A stretch of DNA of 64,000 nt from contig CM119265.1 in NCBI GenBank assembly GCA_051294375.1, positions 17,325,172-17,389,171 on the forward strand. The letters are read 5' to 3'. The notes beneath the pieces were generated by a model. The model had not been told where the DNA came from, searched no databases, and worked only from the letters and a program-made list of their open reading frames with translations. The translations under genes and the position numbers were made by a program. This stretch comes from Paraspadella gotoi (lineage: Eukaryota; Animalia; Chaetognatha). Each line of letters starts with the position of its first letter. Position 1 is the first letter of the stretch. This document shows, piece by piece, positions 10,377 to 31,497 of this stretch.

Positions 10377-13300
10377 ATGCTATCATTAGTTATTTTTCAA
10401 TTCCTGAACAGATATATACTTTTACCCATAAGTATGGCGTTAACTAAGGTGGTTCTACAACTTTCATCTTGCGCCATTTTTTTGATAGTTGTCATTTTTT
10501 ATCCTGCAAATTTTTCATTGATCAACGCTAATGGAGTGTCCTTCAAACCTGGAGCGCAAGATTATTTGACTGACCCAGATCCATGCCTAAAATATGGCAG
10601 ATGTAGCCAAATTTGTTTAAAGAAGATTGGGCAGTGTAAATGCTTTGATGGTTTCAATTTAGAGCAGGTCAATCCATCCCAGTGGATTTGCAAGCACAAC
10701 GAAAGCGAGGGAATCTTGTTATCAATGACCGAAAACAACCTTTATGCCCAAGATCTTACAAAGAACATAGCCCACACTATTGCTGTTGGCAATCTTGTTC
10801 CTTATCACGAGTATCTTTTGGAGGATTTACGGAATCGTATGGCCATAGATTATCATGATCATAAAATATATTACTGGGTGGAACAAAAACCTCCACATCT
10901 AGTCAGCATTGAACTAAATAATATAAATGAGGTTGTTCAAGCGATTCCTTTGAACATTTCGCTTCCAAATGTTCAAAATATCAGTGGGTTTGATGTTGAT
11001 TGGATGACAAAGAACTTTTATTTCTCAGATTCTTTGCGAAAAGCAATTACTGTTTGCAATCGACAGTATTCCTGTGTTGACTTAATTTTATTTCAGAACT
11101 ACGCACCTTTTGAAATAATTGTCGACGTTATCAATGCAAAAATATTTTGGGTGGGTGTTCACGATGATGGAACAACCTCTATTGAACGTGCAGAAATGGA
11201 TGGCAGCGGCCTTAAGACTCTTTGCATTAGTCAAAATTATGAAATTCGTTCTCTTGCTTTGGATCCATTTTACAAACTTGTCACATCCGAAAAAAAAAAT
11301 GTTGTAGCTGGCCGATTATACTTCGTGTGTAACAATGGTGGTATTCGCTCAATCGTCACAATTGATTCTGATGGTACTGAATCCCACGTCGTTCTAAGAT
11401 CCAGCTTTTTCACTAATAAGATTCGCTCACTTTCAGTATTTGCTGATCAAATATATGCGGTGAATGACGGATTTGGCGAGGTGAAAAGTAGTGTTGTTAA
11501 GTTTAACAGGTTTTTGCCCCTGGATCAACACATTCTTCCAACTCTAGCTACTAACGTGGTATCTGCGCATATATTTCACCCATCACTACAACCCTTGCCT
11601 GAAAATAATCCTTGTTCAACTTCTCCATGCTCTCACCTTTGTGTTGCTAATTTTGATACCGCTGTCCCAGAGAAACGTTGTGTCTGCCGAACTGGATTTT
11701 TTCTTGATGTTGATGGCGTCACCTGCCAACATGACAATCTTATTATCCTCTCATTGGGCAATAAACTGGTTAAATTTTATCCTCAGATGATTAACAGTCA
11801 GCGGAATTTTCCGTTTCAAGCTAGACCTAATTCGATGAAGATATTAGAATATCTGGGCAATTCTTCTAATAATTTGGTTGAAAGTCTTGGAGAAATTTCT
11901 GCCCTCGCTATAAACCACAAGTATGGTTTTCTTTATTATGCAGATGATCGTTATGACATCATAGGCGCAGTGCAATTGAGAAGCTTTCAATGGCCAAACT
12001 TTTCAATGAATTTTTCACAGCCAGTTGTGAACGAAGGTCTAGTGACAGTCAAAGCACTAGCAGTTGATTGGGTATCAGAACTGCTTTATTGGCTGGAGGC
12101 TGACCTGTTTTTACCAGGATTATGGGTGGCCAATCTCGATGGATCAAATGCTAAACAGCTTATCGGAAAAGAATTGCTATATGAACCAACCTCCTTGGCA
12201 GTGCATCCTCTTAAAGGTTATCTGTTCTTTGCTGAAAAGTTTGGTTTTGGCCGTATTTATCGATGCATCAGGAATGGAACTGCTTGCTTTGCAATCAAAA
12301 TAGCAACTTTATCTCCATCCAATCTTGTAGTTGACATAAAAAGAGATAAAATATTCTGGTCAGATCTTGCAGGGTTTCCAATACAACAAGGACGCATAAA
12401 CAAAATTGGAATAGATGGTAACAAATTTTATACAGTGATTTCCGGTTTGAAAAGGATTGTTTCAATTACATTACTATATGACCGTCTATTTTGGATAGAT
12501 GATACAGAGAACGTGGTACATACAGTGGATACAGATGGGAACAACCATTTGATGATAGAAGCTGGTTTTCACCTTAAAATTACTAACTTAATAGGAATGG
12601 ATGAGGTGCCTCCTTTTGCAGCGTCAGCTTGTTCTTTCAATAATGGTGGTTGCTCTCACCTTTGTATTCCTTTCACACATGATGAATGGTCTTGTCACTG
12701 TCCCTTTGGAATGTCGCTACATGATTCTTCTAAACTATGCTCTTACAAGCAATGCTCAAAAGGCAAGTTTACTTGCAATGATGGGAAGTGTATTCCTGAG
12801 GCTTATCGATGTGACTTTTTTTCCGATTGTGTCGGAGGAGATGACGAAATTGATTGTATCTACACTTGCAATAGTTCTGAGTTTACATGTGATAATGGTC
12901 AATGCACTTGGAGTATTACTGATAAATGCGATGGCTTTATGGATTGTTCGGATGGGTCAGATGAAAAACATTGTGAAAATAGACAATGTAACAGTGGCCT
13001 CAAAAAATGTGATGATGGCGGATGCATCCCAGCTGACTTTTGGTGCGACCGGCAAACAGATTGTAATGATGCATCTGATGAACTAAAATGCGATTATCCT
13101 AAGACACAATGTAGCCTATCTGAGTATTGGTGCGAGTCTATGGGTAAATGCCAGGTTAATTCATGGAAGTGCGATGGGGACTATGATTGCCCTGATATTC
13201 ATAAAAATATAAATATAGATGAAGTCAATTGTACAATTAAAGAGTTTGAACCCTGTAACAAGTTTGAATTTAGATGTCAAAATGATTTGTGCATAAATGA

Positions 13301-16292
13301 TACTTTAAAATGTGATGGAAATGAAGACTGTCAATATGGAGAAGATGAAACGGAAGGTTGTGTCAAAGAATGCCTTTATGAAGAATTTACCTGCTTAATA
13401 GGAGAGTGTCTGGAGATTTCTAAACGTTGTGATTTTAAGGTAGATTGTTCTAACGGTTTAGATGAATTAAACTGCGTTTATCAGTGTTTAGACGACCAAT
13501 TTCTTTGTGGAAATCACTGTTTATCAAATACACTTGTGTGTAATGGCAAAGTAGACTGCGAGAATGGCTTTGATGAAAAAAACTGTACCAGAACTGATAT
13601 GCAGGGAGATTGTCTCAAAGATCAATTCGAGTGTGACAATAGCGAAGCTTGCATTCCACTATCCCAGGTTTGTAATGAAAAATTTGATTGCGCAGATTCT
13701 TCAGATGAAGGTCATTGGTGTCAATCATCCTGCATCCATAATGGTGGATGCCATGGCCTTTGCCAACCATCACCCATCGGTCCAATCTGCTCTTGCAAAG
13801 AAGGATTTCAACTTGGATCGGATGGCAAGCAGTGCCTTGACATAAATGAATGTTTGCTTTCTTTGCATGACTGCAGTCAGCTTTGTTTCAATAGCAAAGG
13901 ATCGTACCATTGTCAATGCTTAGAAGGATATGAAGAATCTTATGCCATCAGTCACGCTGGAACAAATGAGGAATATGTGAACCAAGATGATGTAAATTTA
14001 CATAATCATCTATATTGCAAGGCCAAAGGTCACAGACCTTTTTTGCTGATTGGTCAGGACAAAAAGGTTTTTAAAATCGAGCATGTTGGGTCGGATCTGC
14101 ATGAGGACCACCATGAAACTTATTATTCCAATTTATACATTGAATATAAACTTCCAGAATCAAGATTTGACCTGACAACAACGATGGATTTTGATATAGA
14201 GAACGAAAGAATTATTTGGGGTTTCCACTCTAAAGAATATGTTGGAAGAATTCAAATTGATAATCATTCTGTATTGATTCCCTTCAACATATCATGTTTA
14301 GCATATGACTGGGTCACAAGCAACATTTATATTGGTGACCATAGCGCTAAAGCTATTGGTGTTGTTGCTCCTCGCTATGAATTTCAAACTATCCCCGCCA
14401 TCATAAATAATGTGGATGTACCTCGTTCTATTGCCTTAGACCCTCGCCGAGGGCTTATGTATTGGACGCAGTTTGATGACCAAGGCTCTAACAGTGGTAT
14501 ATTTCAGTCGTCCATGGATGGTGTTGACATTGTAAATCTGGGAGTTGTTTCCAACACAGATCGTCCTTCTGGATTGGCGATTGATTTCGCTAGAGATAGA
14601 CTGCTTTGGGTTAACCAATGGACTGGCGTTATTATGTATGCAACTATTGCGAACCACTCGGTTTCTCCCACAGTCCTAAAAACTATGGCTACTTACGGCC
14701 CTACCCAATTAGACGTTTTTGAAGATTATGTTTACATTCTTAATGATTTATTTCATCGTGTGCTTCAATTTCATATCCATCATAAAGAGGAGGAAATAAA
14801 TCTCCATCAAATGTCTTGGTTGGAACCTGCTCCTTATGCCATCAAGGTTGTGCATCCTTACCGTCAGCCATCGGCTCATAATTATTGTGAGTTTCAGCCT
14901 TGCTCGATGGTTTGCGTTTTGTCATCTACATCGTTTTCATGTCCGGGTGAAGGAAACGTTGTGAAAGCCCTTATGTTGAGCAAGACTACTCAGAAAACTG
15001 TCAAGGAATCTCCAACAACTACATATCCTGCATCTTCATTATCTACCTCAACGGCATATTCTGCACCATCATCTACCACAACTACATATCCTGCATCTTC
15101 ATCATCTACCACAACCACATATCCTGCATCTTCATCATCTACGACAACCACAAAAACATCTACTGTTTTAACTTCTACGACTAATTTGCCAACTGTCGTT
15201 AAAGTTACGTCCACTACTCCAACTAGAACTTCGCCCATTCAGAAGCACTCGCCCATGTTTTGCCATCCAAATCCGTGTACTAATGGTGCTCAGTGTACGG
15301 AAAGTTTTGATCACGGATTTAACTGCGACTGCGTCGTAGGATATCACGGGCGTTTTTGCGAATTTTATGATCAGATAACGAATCCAGAATTAGGAGTCGG
15401 CTCTACATTTATCCCTCGTCAAAAAGTACCCACTTCCACCTTTCACGACACTTTTATCTCACCTAGGAGTCTTATTCCGACCAACTCTACTCGGCTCTTC
15501 GCCACAAAGGCGATTCCCACTGACGATAATAATACTAACTCTGCTTACAAGGCTGGCAAAGCTTTATCCTCAGGGTTGGATGTGAGCGTAATAATTTGTA
15601 TCGTTTTAGGAATCATCTTGCTAGCATTACTCATCGGAATATTCATTTACGTTAAAAATCATAAACAAAGTATTTTACAAAATCAAATATTCGTCAGATT
15701 TCGTCGTCCCAATACTCAAACGTTGGACAACGATGACAGCGTGGATCTTGGTGATCGCAACAACAACTTTTCATTAGGGGCAGAGTCATTGGCTCAAGTC
15801 ATCAAACAGAAAAAAGGAAAAAATCGCTTAAGAAAAATGATGGTTTCTTTGGAAAAAGGAATTGTTGAGTGCAGAGATAAAATGATATCTAATTTCAAAG
15901 ATGATCCTCTAACGGCGTCGTTAGAGGAAAATCCTAACCAAGATCCCTTGTGGCACACCAATGTCGAAGATGTCCCCACAGTTCGCGTGAGCTCCTCGCC
16001 CGCTGTGCTTCCTGTCGCTACTGGTTTCGATTTTAACTGTCAGCAACCTGTGAACCCGCCCCGAACTATTCTTAAGGTTTTTCAGGAGAACCCCGAAATT
16101 ACTAACGTGAGTCGTTTGCCAACGCCGGTAAAGCGATCGATGTTGAAAAAGTTCCCCGCTCCTAGTAAAAACGACCTTGAAATCTTGTCTCCTTATTTGA
16201 CTCCCGCCTGCAGCGAAAGCGAAGACGACGACGACAGCTGGAGCTATATCATTGACGAGGTCAATCCTGAATCGCAAAGGTTGTTGATTTAA
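10377..16292 (+). CDS. LDL-receptor-related protein, vitellogenin-receptor/yolkless-like, single exon (probable start ATG 10434)
   Basis: Domain order: signal peptide, EGF, YWTD propeller, EGF, propeller, EGF, 8 LDLa repeats, 2 EGF, propeller, EGF, S/T-rich stalk, EGF, TM (VIICIVLGIILLALLIGIFIYV), cytoplasmic tail. Confidence 0.85.
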   Translation: MLSLVIFQFLNRYILLPISMALTKVVLQLSSCAIFLIVVIFYPANFSLINANGVSFKPGAQDYLTDPDPCLKYGRCSQICLKKIGQCKCFDGFNLEQVNPSQWICKHNESEGILLSMTENNLYAQDLTKNIAHTIAVGNLVPYHEYLLEDLRNRMAIDYHDHKIYYWVEQKPPHLVSIELNNINEVVQAIPLNISLPNVQNISGFDVDWMTKNFYFSDSLRKAITVCNRQYSCVDLILFQNYAPFEIIVDVINAKIFWVGVHDDGTTSIERAEMDGSGLKTLCISQNYEIRSLALDPFYKLVTSEKKNVVAGRLYFVCNNGGIRSIVTIDSDGTESHVVLRSSFFTNKIRSLSVFADQIYAVNDGFGEVKSSVVKFNRFLPLDQHILPTLATNVVSAHIFHPSLQPLPENNPCSTSPCSHLCVANFDTAVPEKRCVCRTGFFLDVDGVTCQHDNLIILSLGNKLVKFYPQMINSQRNFPFQARPNSMKILEYLGNSSNNLVESLGEISALAINHKYGFLYYADDRYDIIGAVQLRSFQWPNFSMNFSQPVVNEGLVTVKALAVDWVSELLYWLEADLFLPGLWVANLDGSNAKQLIGKELLYEPTSLAVHPLKGYLFFAEKFGFGRIYRCIRNGTACFAIKIATLSPSNLVVDIKRDKIFWSDLAGFPIQQGRINKIGIDGNKFYTVISGLKRIVSITLLYDRLFWIDDTENVVHTVDTDGNNHLMIEAGFHLKITNLIGMDEVPPFAASACSFNNGGCSHLCIPFTHDEWSCHCPFGMSLHDSSKLCSYKQCSKGKFTCNDGKCIPEAYRCDFFSDCVGGDDEIDCIYTCNSSEFTCDNGQCTWSITDKCDGFMDCSDGSDEKHCENRQCNSGLKKCDDGGCIPADFWCDRQTDCNDASDELKCDYPKTQCSLSEYWCESMGKCQVNSWKCDGDYDCPDIHKNINIDEVNCTIKEFEPCNKFEFRCQNDLCINDTLKCDGNEDCQYGEDETEGCVKECLYEEFTCLIGECLEISKRCDFKVDCSNGLDELNCVYQCLDDQFLCGNHCLSNTLVCNGKVDCENGFDEKNCTRTDMQGDCLKDQFECDNSEACIPLSQVCNEKFDCADSSDEGHWCQSSCIHNGGCHGLCQPSPIGPICSCKEGFQLGSDGKQCLDINECLLSLHDCSQLCFNSKGSYHCQCLEGYEESYAISHAGTNEEYVNQDDVNLHNHLYCKAKGHRPFLLIGQDKKVFKIEHVGSDLHEDHHETYYSNLYIEYKLPESRFDLTTTMDFDIENERIIWGFHSKEYVGRIQIDNHSVLIPFNISCLAYDWVTSNIYIGDHSAKAIGVVAPRYEFQTIPAIINNVDVPRSIALDPRRGLMYWTQFDDQGSNSGIFQSSMDGVDIVNLGVVSNTDRPSGLAIDFARDRLLWVNQWTGVIMYATIANHSVSPTVLKTMATYGPTQLDVFEDYVYILNDLFHRVLQFHIHHKEEEINLHQMSWLEPAPYAIKVVHPYRQPSAHNYCEFQPCSMVCVLSSTSFSCPGEGNVVKALMLSKTTQKTVKESPTTTYPASSLSTSTAYSAPSSTTTTYPASSSSTTTTYPASSSSTTTTKTSTVLTSTTNLPTVVKVTSTTPTRTSPIQKHSPMFCHPNPCTNGAQCTESFDHGFNCDCVVGYHGRFCEFYDQITNPELGVGSTFIPRQKVPTSTFHDTFISPRSLIPTNSTRLFATKAIPTDDNNTNSAYKAGKALSSGLDVSVIICIVLGIILLALLIGIFIYVKNHKQSILQNQIFVRFRRPNTQTLDNDDSVDLGDRNNNFSLGAESLAQVIKQKKGKNRLRKMMVSLEKGIVECRDKMISNFKDDPLTASLEENPNQDPLWHTNVEDVPTVRVSSSPAVLPVATGFDFNCQQPVNPPRTILKVFQENPEITNVSRLPTPVKRSMLKKFPAPSKNDLEILSPYLTPACSESEDDDDSWSYIIDEVNPESQRLLI
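15015..15150 (+). repeat. Coding minisatellite (~30-33-bp units, TTTYPASSSS) in the receptor O-glycosylation stalk
   Basis: ACATATCCTGCATCTTCATCATCTAC is repeated about 4 times with variants. Confidence 0.8.
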
Positions 16293-16823
16293 ACTTTATA
16301 TTCCATTCCATTTTTTTATGAAACTCGTTCCATACCTCAAACTATAGATTTTAAGCAGGACATTTACGGATATTGTTCTCAACTGACTTTTTTACTCTCA
16401 AAATTTAAAAAAATATAATTGAATTTGTTGTATTGCTAAATCATGAATTTTCATTCGAATTCCACGCCTATTTTTAATTTTATGAAGAACCTAATTAACT
16501 CGTTTACAAATAACTATTACATATTCCATGTTTTCTTTAATCATGAATATAACTATGCTTATCAATCATATATATATTAACTTACGTCGTTTTGTAGCAA
16601 CCCAGTCCTTTTAAAGATGATTCGAGGCGCTCAACTATTTGTGACTTATTTTGTTTTTCGAGGAGCTGAAATTTTTGAAGCTGTTAAAGTGATTTTAAAA
16701 CGATATCGGGCGAAAAAACACTTTCGTCTTAACGAAAACGAGTTATCTAAAAAATATATGTATTAAACACGAGTTTTTGTTAAATGATTTACCATTTATT
16801 AGGTCTTAAAAATAGGTAAGATC

Positions 16824-17706
16824 ATGGCGTTTCACCGACAATTTGAGATGTACAAAAGTTTAAAGAAGCGTTTCGAAAGAGTGCCCTTGGAAATTGTTCT
16901 CGCCGAGCGGATGAAGCTTATTTCCTTTCAATGGGCGGCGAATTCCGCGGATCGCTATTTTCCCAACGAGGCTGCTTTCGTTCGCTTTTCTTTTCGTGAC
17001 GGCGTCGACTTTGACAACAATTTTTTGATTGACATGAAGCCGTTTCAAATTCCGTCAGGATGCAGCGCTGAGTTGATGGATCGGTATCAGGAGATTCATC
17101 TCATCCCCTATGACGGGGCGGAGGAAAAGGCTCTTGGTGCATCGAACGACTACGCCAGGATTCTCGAAGCACTGCTCGGGGGCGACGAGTCCTTGCTCTG
17201 TCTCGCGGACGAAACCATTTTTCTGAAGAAATGTGTGAAGCAAATGCTCGACTTCCTCGACGAAGACTCCCGAGCTACGTTTGAAAAACGCTTGGAAAAT
17301 ATTTTCCGTTTCGAGGATTTGGCCTTTCTCATCCAGCGAGATTTTCAACAGACAGTCTCTATTGACTGTAGCGAAAATATAATGACAGAGATAAAACTGG
17401 CTAATATTTTTTATATAATGTAGTTAAACTAGTTATTTATTGTATATTTTATTAATTTTTTAAAAAAATATTCATATTTTCGGTACAGTTATAATAGAAG
17501 AGGTACGCAGCGCGCTCGAGGAGAAGGTGAATTGGCGCTCATGCGGTTGTCCCTTCCACAAAGAGGTGGAGGAGGTTCACGCGGAGTGCACTCTGATGAA
17601 GGCACACGCCTCGCTTCACTTGATCTTTGATCGTTTTTCCAGCCCGCTTGGAATCAAACTGACCGACCGTCATTATCCCGTCAAACCACCAGGGAAAATA
17701 AGGTGA
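16824..17706 (+). CDS. MAEL: Maelstrom (MAEL) domain protein, no HMG box visible; coding region interrupted at ~17365-17489
   Basis: YFPNEAAFVRFSFRDGV...IPSG...IHLIP in the first part. The second part reads CGCPFHKEVEEVHAECTLMKA...IFD...LGIKLTDRHYP. Together they give the E-C-H-C zinc motif of MAEL. Confidence 0.8.
17365..17489. mobile_element. 125-bp MITE inside the MAEL coding sequence
   Basis: 16-bp TIRs ACTGTAGCGAAAATAT / ATATTTTCGGTACAGT (1 mismatch) enclose an AT-rich interior. Confidence 0.65.
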
Positions 17707-19396
17707 GAGATCTTGAGTTTGTTCCAGAATTATGATTGAGTTTTTTTTTTATCTCGCCTGACGGACTTGACCCGTCTTGGGCGAGATTTAGGTTAACTTT
17801 GGCTTTTTAGAGATTTCGTCGTTGTTGTCGTCACTCTTTTGTACATTTGGATATTATAAAAGTATAATTAAAAAATTTAGATATGGTTTTTTATTCTCAA
17901 GATATTTTAAAATGGTGTTTTTTATTGATACAAGTATTTGTTTTTGAATTCCATTCATATTATGTTTAGTTGTAATATACAAATAAGAAAATATTAAAAA
18001 AAAAAAAAATTTATGTCGGTCTTTTTTTTTTTTTTTGTCGCTGCTTCTTTTGTTTCATCCAAAAATGTAGCGGCTGAAACTGTCTCTTTCACTCTTTTTC
18101 TCTCTCTTTTTATTTTTTGTTTAAAAAAAATCAGATCCAACGTTGAGCAAAAGTTTATGTCTAACAATTTGTGATGTTAAACATTGTATTCGCGCATATT
18201 ATCATTTTACCATATTATCATATTATCGTAACAAAGTTATCCCAGGTCGAATGTTTCTTGGTCATTTTTGCTGACCATTACGGGTCACAAAGTAAAAAGA
18301 CTTCACCGTTGTCTTCGTCGTTGTAATCGTCGTCGTTGTTTTTGTTTGAATTATTTGAACTCCGAAAATATCATCCCATCAATCAATCATTCTTTTTCAT
18401 CGCATCAATCCATAAAACATTATAATTGCATCAATGAATAATTTATCATTGTATCACTCAATAATTCGTTAATTTTGTATCACTCAATAATTCGCTATCA
18501 TCGCATCAATCAAAAATTCGTTATCTTCGCCACGTATGAACCTTAGATCGATTTAATTAACAGAAAAAGACGAATCGATAGACATGCTCCTTCGAGGTCT
18601 ACGAACATTTCTCCCGGTCAAAATTGAATCTACTGTATTTAAAGCAAATAAGTAAAATTATGTATTCATCCTGATGCATTTTTTAAGACCTTTCAGATGA
18701 ACCCATTCTCATCATTTTAAGATAATTAATTCACGAGATAATCGACTTACAAGTAATATTTTCATATTTCTTTATTATTTATTTCTTTTATATTTATAAT
18801 CATTTATTCTTATAATTGTACAAAATTATTCAATAGAATTTATTAGAATCTACTCCTGTTTATAAAAAGTAAAATTAAATAGTCTAAAGCTTTTTTGTGA
18901 TTAAACAAAATAAGGACAAATGAGAAAAAATAATAAAATAAATTTTAACATTATTCGTTATTATTGCTTTAAATAACCTTTTAGATTTAATTTTTTCCCA
19001 AATATCTTTCATTATGTATTTATCCTGATGCATTTTTCAAGACCTTTCAGATAAACCCAATTTAACTTAGTGTAGTAAATAAATTAAATATGAAATAAAA
19101 CTTATATACAAAATGACGTATTTTTGATATTAAAAGTAAGGTGGTGCGGGGTAATTCGGAACACTTTTGTAAATAAACTTTTCGCTTAATAAATTTATTT
19201 TGAAAAAAAATTATGGTGATATGGAGGACCTTTTAGAAAAGTGTCACCGCTACCAGTTGATCTATTCGTAAGTGGTTAAAAATATTTTTAATACTATGTT
19301 TTTATTTCAGAAAAATTATTGAATGACAATAGATACAAAATTTATACATATTTTTTGATTTATAATATTTTTAACAAAGTTTTTTATTTTTTATGC

Positions 19397-19500
19397 TTAG
19401 CAAAGTTTTTAATTTTATACAACGATTTTATATAATTAGATGCAGACATGTTTCGGCTTATTAAATAAAATCGTTGTACAAAATTAAAAACTTTGCTAAT
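19397..19500. repeat. Short hairpin with partial hammerhead 3' core (Penelope-type remnant)
   Basis: TTAGCAAAGTTTTTAATTTTATACAACGATTTTAT pairs with ATAAAATCGTTGTACAAAATTAAAAACTTTGCTAA. The loop on the minus strand reads AAGCCGAAACATGTC. Confidence 0.55.
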
Positions 19501-21216
19501 CTCTCCAAAACAATGAAAGAAAGGATTACACCATGAATATTTTCATGCTATAAAATCATGAGGCAACACAGAACACTAACTTTACAAGTCTTCCGTTTTA
19601 CCCCAATTTAATTGTAGCTAAGAAAAATATAATTGAATTATCTTTTCCAAATAATCTTGTTAAATAATACTGACAGAGGTTTGAAAACTGTTACTCAAAG
19701 ATAAAATTTGACTAGTAGCTTTGAAATTACAACAGCTGCTGCAGCAGCAGCCGAATGCTATAACTTTAATAATGGAAAGTTAACTTAGTGAAATATTTAA
19801 TGCACTAAAAAAATTTTACAATATTGTTACACAATTTTTATCTCGCGAGACGGGCTTTGATGTTGGTTCGCTTCTGCTTCTTTATAATGGTCGTCGTTGT
19901 CACGCTTTTTTATAATTGGAAATTGTAAAAGTGTGTAACCATAGGAAGCTAAAAATTTAGAATAGCTTCTAATCAGCAAGATATTTTTGATTCTTATGTT
20001 TCATATTGTTACATGCATTTGTTTGTTTTATTTGCAAAACAATTATATCTATTTTTATATAAATTTTTTTACAAATTTCGATTGATTCTTATAAAAGTAT
20101 TATATCATAGGAAGTTGAAAATTTAGATATGGCTTCTCATCATCAAGATCTTTTAGAATCACACGTTTCATATTGCTACACGCATTTGTTTTTATTTACA
20201 AAACAATTTTATATAAACACTACTATATTACGAATTACGTTAAAGTCAGTGTTCTGAATAACCCCGCACTACCCTATAATAATGATTTATTGGTGTCACT
20301 CGCGAACGGACATAGGGTATTTAATGATTACGTTTATTTATTTAAACGTGCTTCTAAAAATATTAATGCTTTTTCATCGTCTTTTGAGGTCGTGGAATTG
20401 CTCGTGCAGTCGAGACGCGTCAAGATCCTTGAATACGGATGAGAAAAAAAAGTACGTGAGATCGACGGCGATCGACGCCTCGGGAGATGGTCCTGCCAAG
20501 AAATTAACGCCCTTGATGAAGCACGAAAGATATTTAGGTAATTTTGGACACTATTGCATTGAATTTCAGTTTAATACAGGCTTTATAATTATATTTGACA
20601 GATTTTCTACAGAAAGATAGATCGGAAGAACTCTGTACATCTTGTCAAGAGAATTGTCAAGCGGCTAAGGGTTACGGACCCGGGAGCGGAAAACGCGGCG
20701 AATCTCTGAGGCCAGACAAACCAAAGGGCCGAGGCACTCTCTTGTATGATTTTTAATAATTGTAATTTTTTTTCTTTCTCTTTATTTCTTCAGTTACGAT
20801 TGCGTTTTTCGAAAACCATTTGGTTTTGCCCGCTCCCATAGCAACCAGTCTGAGGCAATGCGCCGCGATGATTTTATTTCGTTAGTTAATCAAACTTACT
20901 ATGTATTTAATTTTTATTATTTTAGCTTTAGTTAAAAAAAAAAAATGTGTGGAGCTTTCAAGTCGATAGTTCGTTAATTTTACGATGTTAGCCTTGAATT
21001 GTACTAATATCGAAAATTCGAAGAAATAAAGTGAGAATCAAAACAATCGGAACAGAGCAAACACATGCGCCATCAGACTAAGCGCTTTCTTCCAGGGGTG
21101 ATGTTCTCATTTTGCAGAGGCTTTTTCTTTAATATCTTTGTTCATTTTTATTCAAATTAACTTTACTTGCAGGAAGTTGTCATTTTCGGTTGTAACTGTA
21201 ATGTTAATTTTAAACG

Positions 21217-30439
<9,223 letters not shown>

Positions 30440-31497
30440 CTGATTTACCCGATTTAACCCATTTTGCCATTCTTGTATTGAGTTCGTCATAATTAAAACT
30501 TTTTTGCAGGGTTAATTAGCCGTTTGAATTTTTGGACATGGACAGCTTCTTATTCAAAACATCTACATTAGTTAAGCTAGTTAAATTTTATGTCAACTAA
30601 AATATTTTCCCTTTGCTAGGGGTAGCCCCACTCAATGGGGTGAGTCAAAAATTTAGAGCTAGTTCATGCTCAAACGAAAATTTAAACATTTACACGTATA
30701 CTTTCAATGGATAAAATATTTTTCTAATGGCTCTATAGTCTATACACAACTAATTTGGTACTTTTTATTTTTAGATAGGAAAGGCAAAATATTTTTTTCA
30801 AGAAATTTCAATTTTAAGACCAGATTCAGTTAGCTCGTAAAAAGTTATCTGCTCAAAGTATAAAAGTTAAATATTTTGATAAGTAGGTAAAAATAAGAAA
30901 AACCGAAAAAAATTATTATCATCATCATCTTTTGATGATTAAATAAGTTTTTTTTATCTTTATTCAGAAAACTTGTAATTATATTTATTGTTTAACTTTT
31001 TATTCTGTATCAGAATCCATTAAAAAAATTCAAGTTTTTTACTAGGGAGGACCAGCTCTTTTGGGTCTTTGGTTTACAGCACAGAAACGGTTAACAATAG
31101 AAGAAAAAAGATATTATATTTGGATTAATTTATCGGGTAACTTTACTATTCAACGTCCGCAACCAACTTAAGCTACCACCGGTCGGTGCTTTGTTAATCC
31201 ATTTAATTTTGTTTTCCCTCTAGCGTCGAGTCTCAGTTTTTTTGTTCAGTAATATAAATTTTATAATAAATAATAAATTTAAATTTATTTTAATTGCTAT
31301 TTTTATGTTTGAGGTAGAAAATGAATTCTTTAGGTACGAGTTTTATAAAGAAACATAAATTTCGGACATGTTTCAGCTTCAATGTAAGCTTTCATCATCG
31401 CAAAAACAAATATTTCTCTCTCTTTCTCTTCAAACTTCAAAATTTGTGAAAATATTTGTTTCACAAATCAATACGTTTTTGAGCTGATGATGGTTTA

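Noticed and set aside
18440-19060. CRISPR-like or regulatory repeat array (TATCACTCAATAATTCG units; ~45-bp direct repeat at ~18660 and ~19015)
   Set aside because: Eukaryotic context, few degenerate copies and no regular unique spacers. These are ordinary local duplications.
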